64,000 nt of DNA. Origin: Fonticula alba ATCC 38817 (lineage: Eukaryota; Protista; Nucleariida). The stretch lies in the NCBI GenBank assembly GCA_000388065.2, contig KB932207.1; one strand, written 5' to 3'. The translations under genes and the position numbers were made by a program. Shown here one piece after another: positions 1 to 11,961 of this stretch; within the stretch, counting starts at the first letter, position 1, and each line of letters starts with the position of its first letter. The notes under the pieces are model-generated. The model ran no database searches and had not been told where the DNA came from. It saw only the letters and a program-made list of their open reading frames with translations.

Positions 1-968
1 CTCCCCTCCCCCGCAGGCGTGCCCTCGCATTGATCCAGCCGATCGCGCACATGCGCATGCGCCGCCATTGTCTTCTTTCCTTCTCTTTACCCCCCCCCCC
101 CCCTGCCCCGTCCTGCACAATACAAACAATACCAATGTCACATACACAAGTGGGGATTTGTCCGACCACGCGCGAGAGGGGGATGGGCATTCGGCGCGCG
201 CACCCGGCACATCCGCGCACCACTCACGCACGGCGCCCCGGGCCGGACAGAGGGGGGGGGGGATGACTGACTGGCGGGACTCCTCGCTGGCCGGAGATGA
301 CTCGCCCCCGGGTGGATGAGTAAGCAAAGGTGCCCTAGACTGCGGCCCGGCGAGATCCTGCTCACTCGGCGCCTGCGGCGTCGCGGGCCTGTGTCCTTCC
401 TTAGTTGCGCGAAGGCCCGCGCGCCCGCCTCAGGGAAAATATCCCCCCCCCCCCCCCCCCCCCGAGGGGCCCCCGATGCCAGGGAGCTCCCCTCCTCAGG
501 GCACGGGGCAGCCTTCTCGCTAGTCACGTGCGACGGCCCCGGGACACGCTAGTCGCTCGCGTTCCAGCCGATCGCCCCGGCGAGGACCCCGGCGGCCAGG
601 GCATCCATCCGCTGCCGGCTGGCTTGCCCCCCCCCCCCCACCCCCACTTTTCCCAGCCGCAGGTCGCCGACCAAGAGGGCCAGGCGGGCGTCGGGGTCAC
701 GCCTCAGTTCGGCCCCTCTCGCCCGCTTTCCCTCTCTCTTCTCTCTCTCTCTTCTCTCTCTCTTCTCTCTCTCTCTCTCTCTCTCAAGGGGCCAGGCTGC
801 ATGGGAATCTCGATAATTGTGTCACTTCGCCACTTGCAAGCTCCCACCCCTCGTGCCACCCCCTTGTCCCTCCTTCCCTTTTCGCGCGTCTTTGCCGCGC
901 GTCGCCTCCCTCTCTTTCCCTCCCTGTCCAGCTCTCTCCCCTCCCTCACCGGCCGTCGCTGTTGACCC

Positions 969-1799
969 ATGTCCACCTCCTCGGGCCGATCGGGACCGCG
1001 GCGGCGGGCGCCCACCGCGCAAGGCCACCCGACGGGCCCCAATGTCTCTGCTCCCCTCCGGACCGCCTCCGCTGCCGGGGCCGGCCCCGCTGCCAGGCGG
1101 TCGCGGCCCAAAGCCCCCAACGATGCGCCTCCCACCGCGGCCACGCTCTTCCCCGGGATTGCGGCCAAGCTCCACGTGTACGGGCTTTCGGCGTCGCTCC
1201 TCTGCTTGGCCTGCATCCACTTGAGCTCGTACTACTTCAACCGCGGGCGTGACCTGGCCGCCGGGCAGCCGCCCTACGACCCGCTGTCCTCGCTCGGCAT
1301 CAATGGCCCGCTGGTGTCCATCGACCTGTGGAGTTTCCTCCATGTTCTGTGGTTCGCGGTCTGTGGCTTCCTCTACCCCGGCCGCATGGGGACCCTGATG
1401 ATGTATGGCATCCTGTGGGAGGTGGTCGAGTGGCTGATGGGCGGCCTGATCGACCAGTTTTGGCGCGAGGTGTGTTGTTCCTCCTCCCTTTGCGCCCCCC
1501 TTGCTTGCCTCCCCCCTCCCCCCCCCTCCCAGACTCACTCTGCTTCACCTTTTTTTGCTTGTCGGCATCGCTGACCCCTGCATGTCCTCCTCTCCTCCTG
1601 CTCTCCCCCTCCCGGTCGCATTTCTCGCCGGCCCAAGCGCGTGGTCAATCTCCTCTGGGACCTGTGGTTCAACCTGCTCGGGTATCGCCTCGGGGAGTAT
1701 GCTCTGATCGCGGTGCTCGAGCGCCTCGGGCGCCGCGAAGTGATCGAGGAGGGAGACGATGCTGGCCCGGCCACGCCGGGTCACACCCGGGCGGACTAG
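969..1799 (+). CDS. Small multi-pass membrane protein, 220 aa, possibly DUF2585/VanZ-like
   Basis: Exons 969-1469 and 1638-1799 (GTGTGT donor, CTGAC branch at about 1570, AAG acceptor) join in frame to give DLWSFLHVLWF...ILWEVVEW...FWRERVVNLLWDLWFNLLGY, hydrophobic helices carrying conserved-looking D/H/E/N/D residues. Family call is from memory of the motif. Confidence 0.7.
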
Positions 1800-2141
1800 T
1801 TTTGTTCGACTTTTGTGCTACTCCCCCTTCTCCCGGCCTCCCCCGCCCCCCCCTGTATCCGGCGCCGCTCTTGCGTGGGCCCCCTCACCCTCCGCCCCTT
1901 TCATGGCGGCCATAGAGATTTGGTACTTTTGTTGTTTCAACTACACGAGGGGGACAAGGGCCGGCGGGCGCAGGGGAGAGCGCAACACCGGCCCCGTCCC
2001 GGCAAGGGCGCGCACGTGTGTGCGATGGAGAGGACAATCGGGAGGCATATGGCCCTCCCTCCTGCTCCTCCGCCCTTGGGAGGGGGGGGGGAGGGACGGA
2101 GCGCGGGGAGGAGGGGGGACACCGAGGGCGAGCGAGCGGTT

Positions 2142-3124
2142 CTAGTTCTTGGTCAGAAGGAAGACCGCAGCGGCCGGGGCGATGATGGAGGTGATGCCGT
2201 GGCTAGGGCAGAGGGCCGGGACCCAGTGAGGGGGAGGGGGGTTAGCGTCGGGAGACGAGGGCCAAGGGAGGGCGAAAGGAGCGGCCTGGCGACGAGCACG
2301 CACAGCAGGCCGGGCAGCGGGGTCAGGGCATGGACGAAGATGTAGACGATGATGTAGATCAGGTTGACCGAGCCAATGGCATAGGCGACCGCCGGGGAAA
2401 CAGCCATCTCCGACAGCTGGTTGTACTGCGGTTGAGCCGGAGCAGGAGCAGGTGCGCGGGGGTGTGAGGACGGTGGCAGAGGCGACGTGTGACGCACGGC
2501 AAAATGACGGCAGCGGGAGTGAGGATGCGGAAAGCAGGTCGTACGGAAACGGTGGACTTGGGCCGGAGGGCACGGACGATCCTGCACGCGAACGGGTGCA
2601 CAGGCGCGCGCGCGCGCGCGCGCAAAAGCACCGGACGAGGGGCCGACAAACGTGGTTAGTCTCCGTCAGCATGCAACGCCAATGGACCGGGCCCACCGTT
2701 GGCTGGCAAGCGGATGACGCACTTGGAGTGGCGGCTGTTGGCCTCGCTGCTGTAGGGCTTGATCAGGAGGGCACCGGCGGCGACGGCGGCCAGGATGAGC
2801 AGCGGCAGGTTGGACAGCTGGCCACGGGTGAGCAGCAGGTTGACTGGAGGAGGCACCGACCGCGCGGGGCAAATGGGTGAGTATGTGGCACCGAACAAGG
2901 CGTGCGTGCGTGCGTGCATGCGTGCGTGCGTGTGTTCGTGCGTGGATGCCCACAGACACACCAGGAGACACACACACATACATACAAACGGACGCGCACT
3001 CAACATCAGGCAATCAAGAGGACGCACGCAGAGGGAAGCCCATGGTCACGGCGGCGGCCATCAGGAAGGTGAAGTACGACGCAGGGCCGACCGGGGTCTT
3101 AGCCATCTCAACGTGACCGGACAT
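2142..3124 (-). CDS. SSR3: Translocon-associated protein gamma (TRAP-gamma/SSR3)-like, 145 aa
   Basis: Five exons (3124-3028, 2843-2723, 2581-2545, 2425-2304, 2202-2142), all GT-AG and phase-compatible. Four hydrophobic helices spaced as in SSR3; AVAYAIGSVNLIYIIV resembles ATTFSIFYNNTLFLVV, and the C-terminal helix HGITSIIAPAAAVFLL resembles YILSISASSGLIALL. Confidence 0.6.
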
Positions 3125-3596
3125 GGTGAGGCGCGGGCAGGGAGGCGGGGCGAGGAAGGATAAGGGAGGGTAGGAGGGGGAGGGGGGGGGGGGGAGACGC
3201 GAGCAAGGGGCGGGCCTTCGTCGGTCGGTGGGAGGGGTGGCGCGAGGGATGCCTCCCTGGAGGCCGGCCCCTGGCTTTTCACCAATCGTGTGAGCCCTTC
3301 GCGTGTTGTTGCCCCTCCCCAGGGGCGGGGGACAGGTACGGGCGTCAATGCTCTCGCGCCCCCTGCTCCGGGATGCCAGTGTGATGGCCGGGAGGGATGG
3401 CGGCGGACACATTCACGCCCACCGCCAGACCTCCCGGGCGCGCCCGAGGCTCCGCTGATCTGTCCCACCGCCCCCCCCCTCCCCCCCCAGCCTCGCCTGG
3501 TGGCAACCCTCTCTGGAGTCGTCGCCCGGGGTGTCCAAAACGGCGCAGGTGTTTCTTTGCCCAACGCCGGCGAGCTCATGTCCCCCGCTGGCGTGG

Positions 3597-3640
<44 letters not shown>

Positions 3641-3887
3641 ATACACCGACCGCCGCCCAGGGAGAAGCCCAGGCGGCGTAGACAAACGGCCGAGACTAAA
3701 TTGACGCTGCCAACGCATGCCCCAGTCTGGAGTACTATTACGGTGTTGGCTCGTTCGCCCGATGTAGGAAATACATTCGCGCGTGTATTTAGGATGGCCG
3801 TGGGCCGGGGAGCACGGGGAGGGGCGAGGCGGCGGCGGCGGCGGCGGCAACGGCGGCGGCGGCGGAGAGTTCCCCTCTCGGGCCATT

Positions 3888-6800
3888 TTACAGGCGGATG
3901 CGTTTGCGCGAGTGGCCGCCAGCCGCCGAAGGATCCTCCTCGGTGTCCTTGGGACTGGGGCGGGGGAGGCAGACATGGCGCTGGTCAGAGAGACGGGAGG
4001 AGACAGGCGCGGAGAGAAAGGGCTGAGCGAGTGAGGGGCGAAGGCATGCGCACTCGGCATTGGTGGGTGGGCGTTTGTCAGCCTCGGCGCCAGTTGCCAG
4101 GCCCTTGCCATACTTGCTGGCCATGTAGGCCGATACCTGGCCAAGTTCGCGGTCAAGTTTCTGTTGTTCCTTCTGCGCGGCAACCTTGGCCTTGGAGCCG
4201 CTGGCGGCTGGGCCGCCCAGCCCGTGAGTTTGGGCGGCTTGCTCGCTGTGCGTGTACGCGAGCAGGGTATGAGGGTCAATGGCACATTCGTGCATGTGTG
4301 TGCATGTTTGCGCAAGGGCGAGAGAGAGAGAGAGAGAGGGTGGGCTAACCAACAGGCCGGAGTCTCGCGGACTGCCTGCTTTCCCCCCCCCCCCCCCCCC
4401 AGCAGACGGGGAAACGCACAGATGCGAGTGCGACAAGTTCCGCACATACTCGCGGTATTCAATGTCGCTGGCGAAGGAGGCACGCGTGCGGATCCGATTG
4501 GCAGACGAGGGGGCGCCACTTGGCTCATCCTCCTACAAAGAGGCGCGCAGGCAGACACACACACACACATGCACGTATGTAGGGGGCGCATTCACGCACA
4601 GCGAGTCAGATCCCGACACCGGGAGGGGCAGCCAGGGGCAGAAAGAGACGCGGGGGAACCGCAGAAGGGCCAAATGCGAATGGACCAAAGGGCAAGATCG
4701 ACAGCCGGGCACGGCTCAGCACGGACCAAATCCTCCGGCAGTTGGGCCTGCAGGGAGCTTTCCACTTCGTAATCGGCCGCGTGGCTGCGCTGCACACGGC
4801 TCTCCAACGCCGCGCGGGCCGACTCATGCAGCAAGTCCATCTCGTCACGGATGTGCGCGTCATCCGAGTCCGAGCCGTCGTCCGCCAGGCCCTGGTGCTG
4901 GAAGGCAATCAGGCGATGGAGGCGGCTCTTCTCGGCGCCAGGGTCCGAGGCAGCGGCGCCGCGGCCCGGCGCGGGCCGGCTGGTGTCCGAAGCAAACAGC
5001 CCGGCCGAGCCGCGTGACGCATCGAACGCCTCGCGTGCCCGGCGCTCGACCTCCTTCATGTCGATGTCGCGGCGTTCTGCGCGCACACGGTGTGTGCGTG
5101 TGCCGGGAATGAAAAAAACAAAAAAGAATAAAAGAAAAGAAGGCCCAATCAACGGGGAGACAACGGTCAGAGGGGCAGCGCGCAGAGCAGCATCCAATTA
5201 GGGCACCGGCAAACGCACCGTCATCAACGGCATGGGTGCCGGGCCCGGTCCGGGTCGCTGGGAGACTCGGGGGTGCGGGAGCTGGCGCGCCGGCCGGCGG
5301 TAGGGCGAACATGCTGCCATGGGGGATCCCCGTACCGAGGTCAGTCACAGATGGCCCGCCCACAAGCAGGCAGCGAGCATTTCTTTCGTTCTTGCTCTCC
5401 CTCTCCCTCCCTCTCTATCCCCCCTCTCAGGGTCCGTGAGAAGCACCCGGCGCATGTCACGCACTCGTCATCATCGTCGTCATCTCCCCCCTCACCAAAC
5501 AGACCCGGCGCGTCGTCCTCCTCCGAGCCATTGCCCAGTTGGCGCCGGAGGCGACTGACAATGGCGTCATGGTCGGCCGGCTGAGGGGCAGCCTTCTGGG
5601 CAGCCTCCCGCTCAGCAGCCTCCCTCTCGGCAGCAGCAGCAGCAGCAGCAGCGGCGGCGGCGGCGGCCTGTTGTTCCTCCTGGGCACGGCGGGCCGCGCG
5701 GGCTTCCTCCTCCCGGCGACGACGCACCGCGGCCGTCGCCTGCTGCAGGGAGCTGACGCCAAGCTGGCTGCCGGGGCCGCGCGCGCGGCCCCCCTGCTCC
5801 GAGGCCGAGGAGGCGCCCCCGGGAACCGACCCAGACCGGCGGGCGGCCGAAAACAACTGCGACACGCGCTCGATCAGCAGCTCATTGATGCTGTCCAGCG
5901 TCTCGCTCAGGGAGTCGGTGACCAGGTTCGAGCGGACCAGCGACACGGGGACCGCATTCACGTGGTCCCCCCCGGCGTCCTCCTCCTCCTGGGATTGACC
6001 AGGAGCCAGGTTGTACGTGAGGTAGGTCCGCCGGACGCGGTCCTTCGGCAACATGGCGAGGCTGTGGCCAGGGGGCGCACCGGCCGGGAGCCCGGGAGGC
6101 GGAAAGGGCGGAGGCGGTCTTTGGTCAGTCGGCCCCGCGGTCTGACATGGGCACATCATGTGCGCCTTCCAGTGCGCACCTGGAGCCGGTATCCACCCCC
6201 GGGGCCTGTGGGGCTTGCTGCTGTTGCTGCTGCTGGCCGCGCAGGGCCTGTGCCACGATGCGCTGGACGATCGGGTCGGTGGAGGTCTCGGCCGCGGCGC
6301 GCTCCGACGCCCCGAGGGTGCCGTACTTGCGCCGAAGCTTCTCATTCATTTCGCGCTCAGCGGCCTCGCGCTGTGCATCGAGGGCCTTGCGCCTGCGCGG
6401 GCCAGGCCGGACGAGCGGAGGGTTATGGTTGTCAATATGGAATCAGCCAAAGGGGGGGGGGGGGGGNNNNNNNNNNNNNNNNNNNNNNNNNNNNNNNNNN
6501 NNNNNNNNNNNNNNNNNNNNNNNNNNNNNNNNNNNNNNNNNNNNNNNNNNNNNNNNNNNNNNNNNNNNNNNNNNNNNNNNNNNNNNNNNNNNNNNNNNNN
6601 NNNNNNNNNNNNNNNNNNNNNNNNNNNNNNNNNNNNNNNNNNNNNNNNNNNNNNNNNNNNNNNNNNNNNNNNNNNNNNNNNNNNNNNNNNNNNNNNNNNN
6701 NNNNNNNNNNNNNNNNNNNNNNNNNNNNNNNNNNNNNNNNNNNNNNNNNNNNNNNNNNNNNNNNNNNNNNNNNNNNNNNNNNNNNNNNNNNNNNNNNNNN

Positions 6801-7552
6801 NNNNNNNNNNNNNNNNNNNNNNNNNNNNNNNNNNNNNNNNNNNNNNNNNNNNNNNNNNNNNNNNNNNNNNNNNNNNNNNNNNNNNNNNNNNNNNNNNNNN
6901 NNNNNNNNNNNNNNNNNNNNNNNNNNNNNNNNNNNNNNNNNNNNNNNNNNNNNNNNNNNNNNNNNNNNNNNNNNNNNNNNNNNNNNNNNNNNNNNNNNNN
7001 NNNNNNNNNNNNNNNNNNNNNNNNNNNNNNNNNNNNNNNNNNNNGGGAAAACGCACTGCCGAGGGGCAGCCGGCTGCTGCCTTTTACCCGATGACGAGGA
7101 GGAGGACGACGACGACCAGTGCCGGGGAGTGGATGCAACCGAGGCCCCAGGGGCCGGAGTGCGTCTGATTGACCGGCCGCCGGAGGGAGGGACAGCTGCG
7201 GGTGTTAGTCGCGCGCGCCGGCGCACAACCGCGAGCGGCGGACAGAGGGGGTCAAGCGCACCGGGCATGTGGCGGGGCCAGGGAGGCCGCCGAGGGGGTC
7301 ATGAGAATTCGGCGGAAGTCATCCTGGCTCAGGCCGCCGGGGGCTCTGCCGTGCCGGGGGGGTCCAGTGGCCGGGGAATGTGCGTCAGCATGGGGGACCA
7401 AAAGAGAAGGGGACAGGGGCAAAACAGGCACGAAGGCTGCGGCGGTGACGAGTGTGCGCGCACTTGGTCTCGGGCACCGCGAAGCCCGATGGGGCCGAGG
7501 GATTGGCCGACGGGCCGTCCTTCTTCCCGGGGGCATCGGACGACGAGGACAT
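3888..7552 (-). CDS. IK: Protein RED (IK), spliceosomal B-complex factor
   Basis: Multi-exon. LSQDDFRRILMTP matches LTNEDFRKLLMTP; VPVSLVRS...SINELLIERVSQLFSAARR matches IPTTLIRS...TNDIVISKLTQILSYLRQ; C-terminal FASDIEYREY and KLDRELGQVSAYM match FDTQEEYSEY and ELDRQWKKISAII. An assembly gap (6467-7045) lies inside the gene. Confidence 0.85.
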
Positions 7553-8152
7553 CTTTCGCTCGAGACGTCGGGGCTGGGCGCGCGCGCGCGCGTGTGTGTA
7601 CGTGTGTGCGAATGCGCGAGGAGGGGCCGGAGGTGGCAGGCAGGAGGACGAGTGGGCGGGCAAAGAGGGGCGGGCGGGCGGGCGGGAGGGCGGGCGGGAG
7701 GCGGCGAGATGGAGTTGCTCTGCCCCCTCGGGCCCGCTCCGCAGGGGCCGCCACACGTCTGATGCCCTTCAATCGGGCCGGGCGTGCGGGTGCGTTGGGA
7801 CCTCGGGCGCCGATCGCACGGCCCACCACCGTGGGGCCCGGAGGCGAGGCGCAGGAGGAAGACCGGCGGCGCCCGGGCGGGGCTGGCACAGGTGACAATC
7901 TAGAACCAGATCTAGATCCTCCCAGGCGGCTGGCCGCCCGTCTGCGCACATGCGTGCGCGTGGATGGGCATGCCTTGTGCCGGCCGCCCGGCGGGTCTCG
8001 GTGCGTCGCCCCCACGCGGGCCTCCCCCGCCCCAGCGGAGCCGGCGGCTGATCAGAGCCCCGACCGCCGGGGCCCCGAGCCCTGCTTTGCCTCACTTCTC
8101 GCTGATCCTCCCTGTCGCCTTCCTCTGCCAGCCACCTCTCCTTGGCGCGCTC

Positions 8153-8257
<105 letters not shown>

Positions 8258-8325
8258 CCCCCCCCCCCCCCCCCCCCCCCCCCCCCGCACCCCACCCCCT
8301 CCTGCAAGTGACCGACTGGACTAGC

Positions 8326-9743
8326 ATGGTCGACCCGGCTACCATCTCGCCGGCACGCTGCGCCGGTGGCCCAGCCCGCGTGCTGGTCATCGACAGCCAC
8401 GACTCCAACACCCAGAACCTGGTGGACATCCTCCGAGGCGCCCTACCGGCGGGGTCGGCGGTGGTGGTGGTGCCGGCAGACGCCACGACGGCCACGGCGG
8501 CCGAGGTGCTGGCGTGCCTCGGCGTCGGGCAGTGCCCCTGCCAGCAGCCGGCCACCAGCGGCCGGTGCATTGATGCGATCTTCCTGTCCAATGGGTCGGG
8601 CCATGGCGGCGGCCTGTCCCCCGGGGGCCTGGTGTCGCTGGTGACGCGGGCCGCCATGCCGCGGGCTGACTGGCCCCCGGGGCCGGACCCGGTGGGGGCG
8701 GCCCTGGCGCGTCTGGTCCCCGAGGAGGCCCTCGGCCCCGGGGCCGGGCGGCTCCTCGACCAGCCGGTCTTCGGCATCGGCCTGGCCTTCCACCATCTTG
8801 CTCACCAGTATGGGCTGCCGTTGCGGAATGACGCGCCGCCGATGCACGGTCTCACGGCCGAGGTGGCCTTCGGCCCGGGGCGCCTGGACCCCGGCGACCC
8901 GGGAGCCGGGGTCTTCCTGCCGGCCGGCCGGCGAGGCTCGGCGGACTTTGTCAATCCGCCTCCCTGGGCCGATGGCCCGGGTGGCGGCTTTGGTGGCAAT
9001 GTCACCGGGCCGGATGCCGCCCCCTCCCCGGTCACGGTCATGACCTACCAGTCGTACTTCGTGGATGTCCCGGCCGCCGGGCACCCTCTCCGCGCGGTGG
9101 GTGTTTACCGGGCCCCTCTGGACCGGGTGGCCGCGGTCAAGCACCATGCGGTCCCCCTCTTCGGCGTGCAGTTCCAGCCTGACGTATGTCCTCTTCTTCT
9201 TCTCCTCCTCCTCCTCCTCCCTCCTCGCGCCCTGACCCCGGTCGTGCCGACGAATCGCGATCCGAACGCACGGGCGCCGGCCTGTTCGCCTGCTGGCCTG
9301 CCTGTCCGCCCGGGCATCCGCTCACCCGTCCGCCCGTCCGAACCCCACCCGCATGCGTGTGGCACCAGTCGGTTGGCACAACCGGCGGCGCCGACATGAT
9401 CCTCAACTTTCTGAGGCTGTACCTGCCCGCGCGGCAGCGTGAGCGCACGTCGCTGGCCTTCTGTCGACTGGACGCGCTGGTCGCAGCCCCGGCCCCGGCC
9501 CCGGCCCCGGCTTCATCCCCGCTGGACCTGCAGTGCCGGTGGCTGCGCCTGCGCCCGGGCGTCGACAGCCCGGCCTGCCTGACCAGCGAGCTGGTGTTCG
9601 ACCTGCTGTACGCCGATGCGCCGTCAGCCGTGTGGCTGGATTCGAACATGGTGCGCGCCATGGCTCCCTCGCTCCCCCCTCCCCTTTGCCCCTCTGCGCC
9701 CGGGCAGCCCTCGGTCCCGGCCGCCGGGCACTCTTGCGCGCCA

Positions 9744-9787
<44 letters not shown>

Positions 9788-10445
9788 CCACGACTGACCC
9801 GCGGTGCACCCGGCGCTCGAAACAGTTCCAGCCCCCGGCCCTCGGGCGCTTTTCCTTCATGGCGTCCGCCACGTCGGCCCTACATGCAGGTCCCCTGAGC
9901 CACCGGGTGTCCTTCCGCCTGGCGGATGGCCATGTGGCGGTGACCGGCCTCCGGGGCCCGCTGGTGGAGGAGCGTCTGCTGTGCCCTTCGCAACTGCGCC
10001 AGGCCCGGGCCACCGGCGCCCAGGGTGCCGATCGGCTGCTGGCCCTGCCGGCCGGGTGGGACTTGTACGCCTGGCTCGGGGCCCACCTGGACCGGGTGCG
10101 GGTGTCCTCCTTCCTGGAGCATGGCCAGCCGGCTGGCCAAGCGTCCCGCACCGCGGCCAGCCCGCTGCCCTTCAACTTTGTCGGTGGCCTACTTGGGTAC
10201 CTGGGCTACGAGCTGGGCAACTCGGTGGTCGGGCTGCCGGCGGCGGCGGGCCCGGACCCGGGGACCGGGCACTGTCTCCCGGTGTCGCCGGCCCTGCCGG
10301 ACGGGGACCTGGTCTTCGTCGACCGGTTCCTGGCCTTCGACCATGTGGATCGCAGCATCTACATTGTGGAGCTGGTGCCCGAGGTGTGTGGGCCCGCCGA
10401 GCCGGCTGGCCGGGCCTGCTGGCTGGACATGGTGGCCGGCATGCT

Positions 10446-10478
<33 letters not shown>

Positions 10479-11172
10479 TGGTGGAAGCCCGCGGGTGGCG
10501 GGCGACTTCGAGGCGCAGGCCGGCCGGCGGCTTGGGACGGCTGCCCTGGCGGCGGATCGCCTGCTCGCGCGCGACCTCGCCGGGCTGATGGCGCAGGTGC
10601 CGGCCGACGCGCGGACCCTGGCGCTGCCGGTGGCCGGGGCCGAGCCGCGGCCGGCGGCCGTCCTGGAGCTGGCCCGATCCCGGGCCGAGTACCTGGCCGA
10701 TGTGCGCTTCATCCAGGACCTCATCGCCACCGGGGAGGTGTACCAGATTTGCGCGACCACGCAGCTGGGCCTGACCGGGGCCCGGCTGCTGGGGCCCGGG
10801 CCGGACGGCCGGGATCGCCTGGCCGCGGCGTATCGGCAACTGCGTGCCGTCTCCGGCTCGACGTACGGGTCGCTGTTGCGCCTGGATCCCGGGGTTGCGG
10901 TGCTGTCCTTCTCGCCGGAGCGCTTCCTGCAAGTGGACCCGGCCGGGCAGGTGGTATGCCGGCCGATCAAGGGGACGGCCCCGCGCGGACGCACCCCGGC
11001 CGAAGACCGGGCCCTGGCCACCGGGCTCCTGGCGTCGGTGAAGGATCGCGCGGAGAATGTCATCATCGCGGACCTGGTGCGCGGGGACCTGGCTCCGATC
11101 AGCCGGCCCGGGTCGGTTCGGATGTTGGGCAGCCGGCCCGGGCCGCCGCCCGTGGCCTCGCCATGCGCCCCC

Positions 11173-11215
<43 letters not shown>

Positions 11216-11748
11216 ATGTGGCCCCGGGCGAGGGGAGCTGGCTGCGTGTGGACCAGACGGCGCACGTGCACCAGCTTCTGTCGGTCATCGGCGCGCAAGT
11301 GGCCTCGGGCCGGGCGCTGGACGCGGTGCGGAGCTGCTCGCCGCCCGGGTCCATGACCGGGGCCCCCAAGCGCCGGGCAGTGGAGTACCTGTCGGGCCGA
11401 GTGCCGGGGGCGGCGCGGCCGCTGGAGGGCCGCCAGCCGCGGGGCATCTACTCCGGGGCCATCGGGTACCTGGGCCTGCGGACAGCCGAGCCGGGGGCCG
11501 TGGAGCCGGTGGACCTGTCGGTGGTCATCCGGTCGGCGGTGGTGATGGCCGCCGAGGGCGGTCCCTCGGAGACCCGGGCTGCCGGCGCCCCGGGCCCGGC
11601 CGATCGCCTGTGGCTCGGGGCCGGCGGCGCCGTGACGGCCCTCTCCTCGCCGGAGGACGAATTCCACGAGGCCATGCTGAAGGCGGCTTCCGTGCTGGCC
11701 GGGATCCTGGCCCTCCAGCCGCGGGAGGTGTTCTTCCCGGTGCCCTAG
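8326..11748 (+). CDS. ABZ1: Bifunctional aminodeoxychorismate (PABA) synthase, PabA-PabB fusion, with a degenerate glutaminase domain
   Basis: Exons 8326-9183, 9369-9650, 9826-11748. GATase-like N-terminus (VLVIDSHDSNTQNL, FGVQFQPD-SVGT..MILNFL). Synthase motifs GGLLGYLGYE, SPERFL, PIKGT, KDRAEN, PPGSMTGAPK, RGIYSGAIGY, GAGGAVT, EFHEAMLKA. Confidence 0.95.
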
Positions 11749-11955
11749 GCGCCGCCGTCGCCGTGACGCCCTGCCTGGTGTCCGCCCCCCCCCNNNNNNN
11801 NNNNNNNNNNNNNNNNNNNNNNNNNNNNNNNNNNNNNNNNNNNNNNNNCCCCCCCCGATCCTGTGTCACAGAGACAGGGGACGAGAGAGGGGGAGGGAGC
11901 GAGAGCAGTGGCCCAGCTAACCAGTTGGCAGCCTCTCGTGGCACATGCCCGGCCC

Positions 11956-11961
11956 AATAAA
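11956..11961 (+). promoter_or_regulatory. Probable polyadenylation signal of ABZ1
   Basis: AATAAA about 210 nt after the TAG at 11748, in otherwise very GC-rich DNA. Confidence 0.5.

Noticed and set aside
1-600. Possible terminal exon of an upstream gene (CCCCGCAG at 11-18) and short ORFs
   Set aside because: No recognisable protein motif, and the frame cannot be fixed without upstream sequence.
3769-3790. Hairpin AAATACA/TGTATTT in the RED 3' region
   Set aside because: A 7-bp AT-rich stem is expected by chance, and there are no snoRNA boxes.
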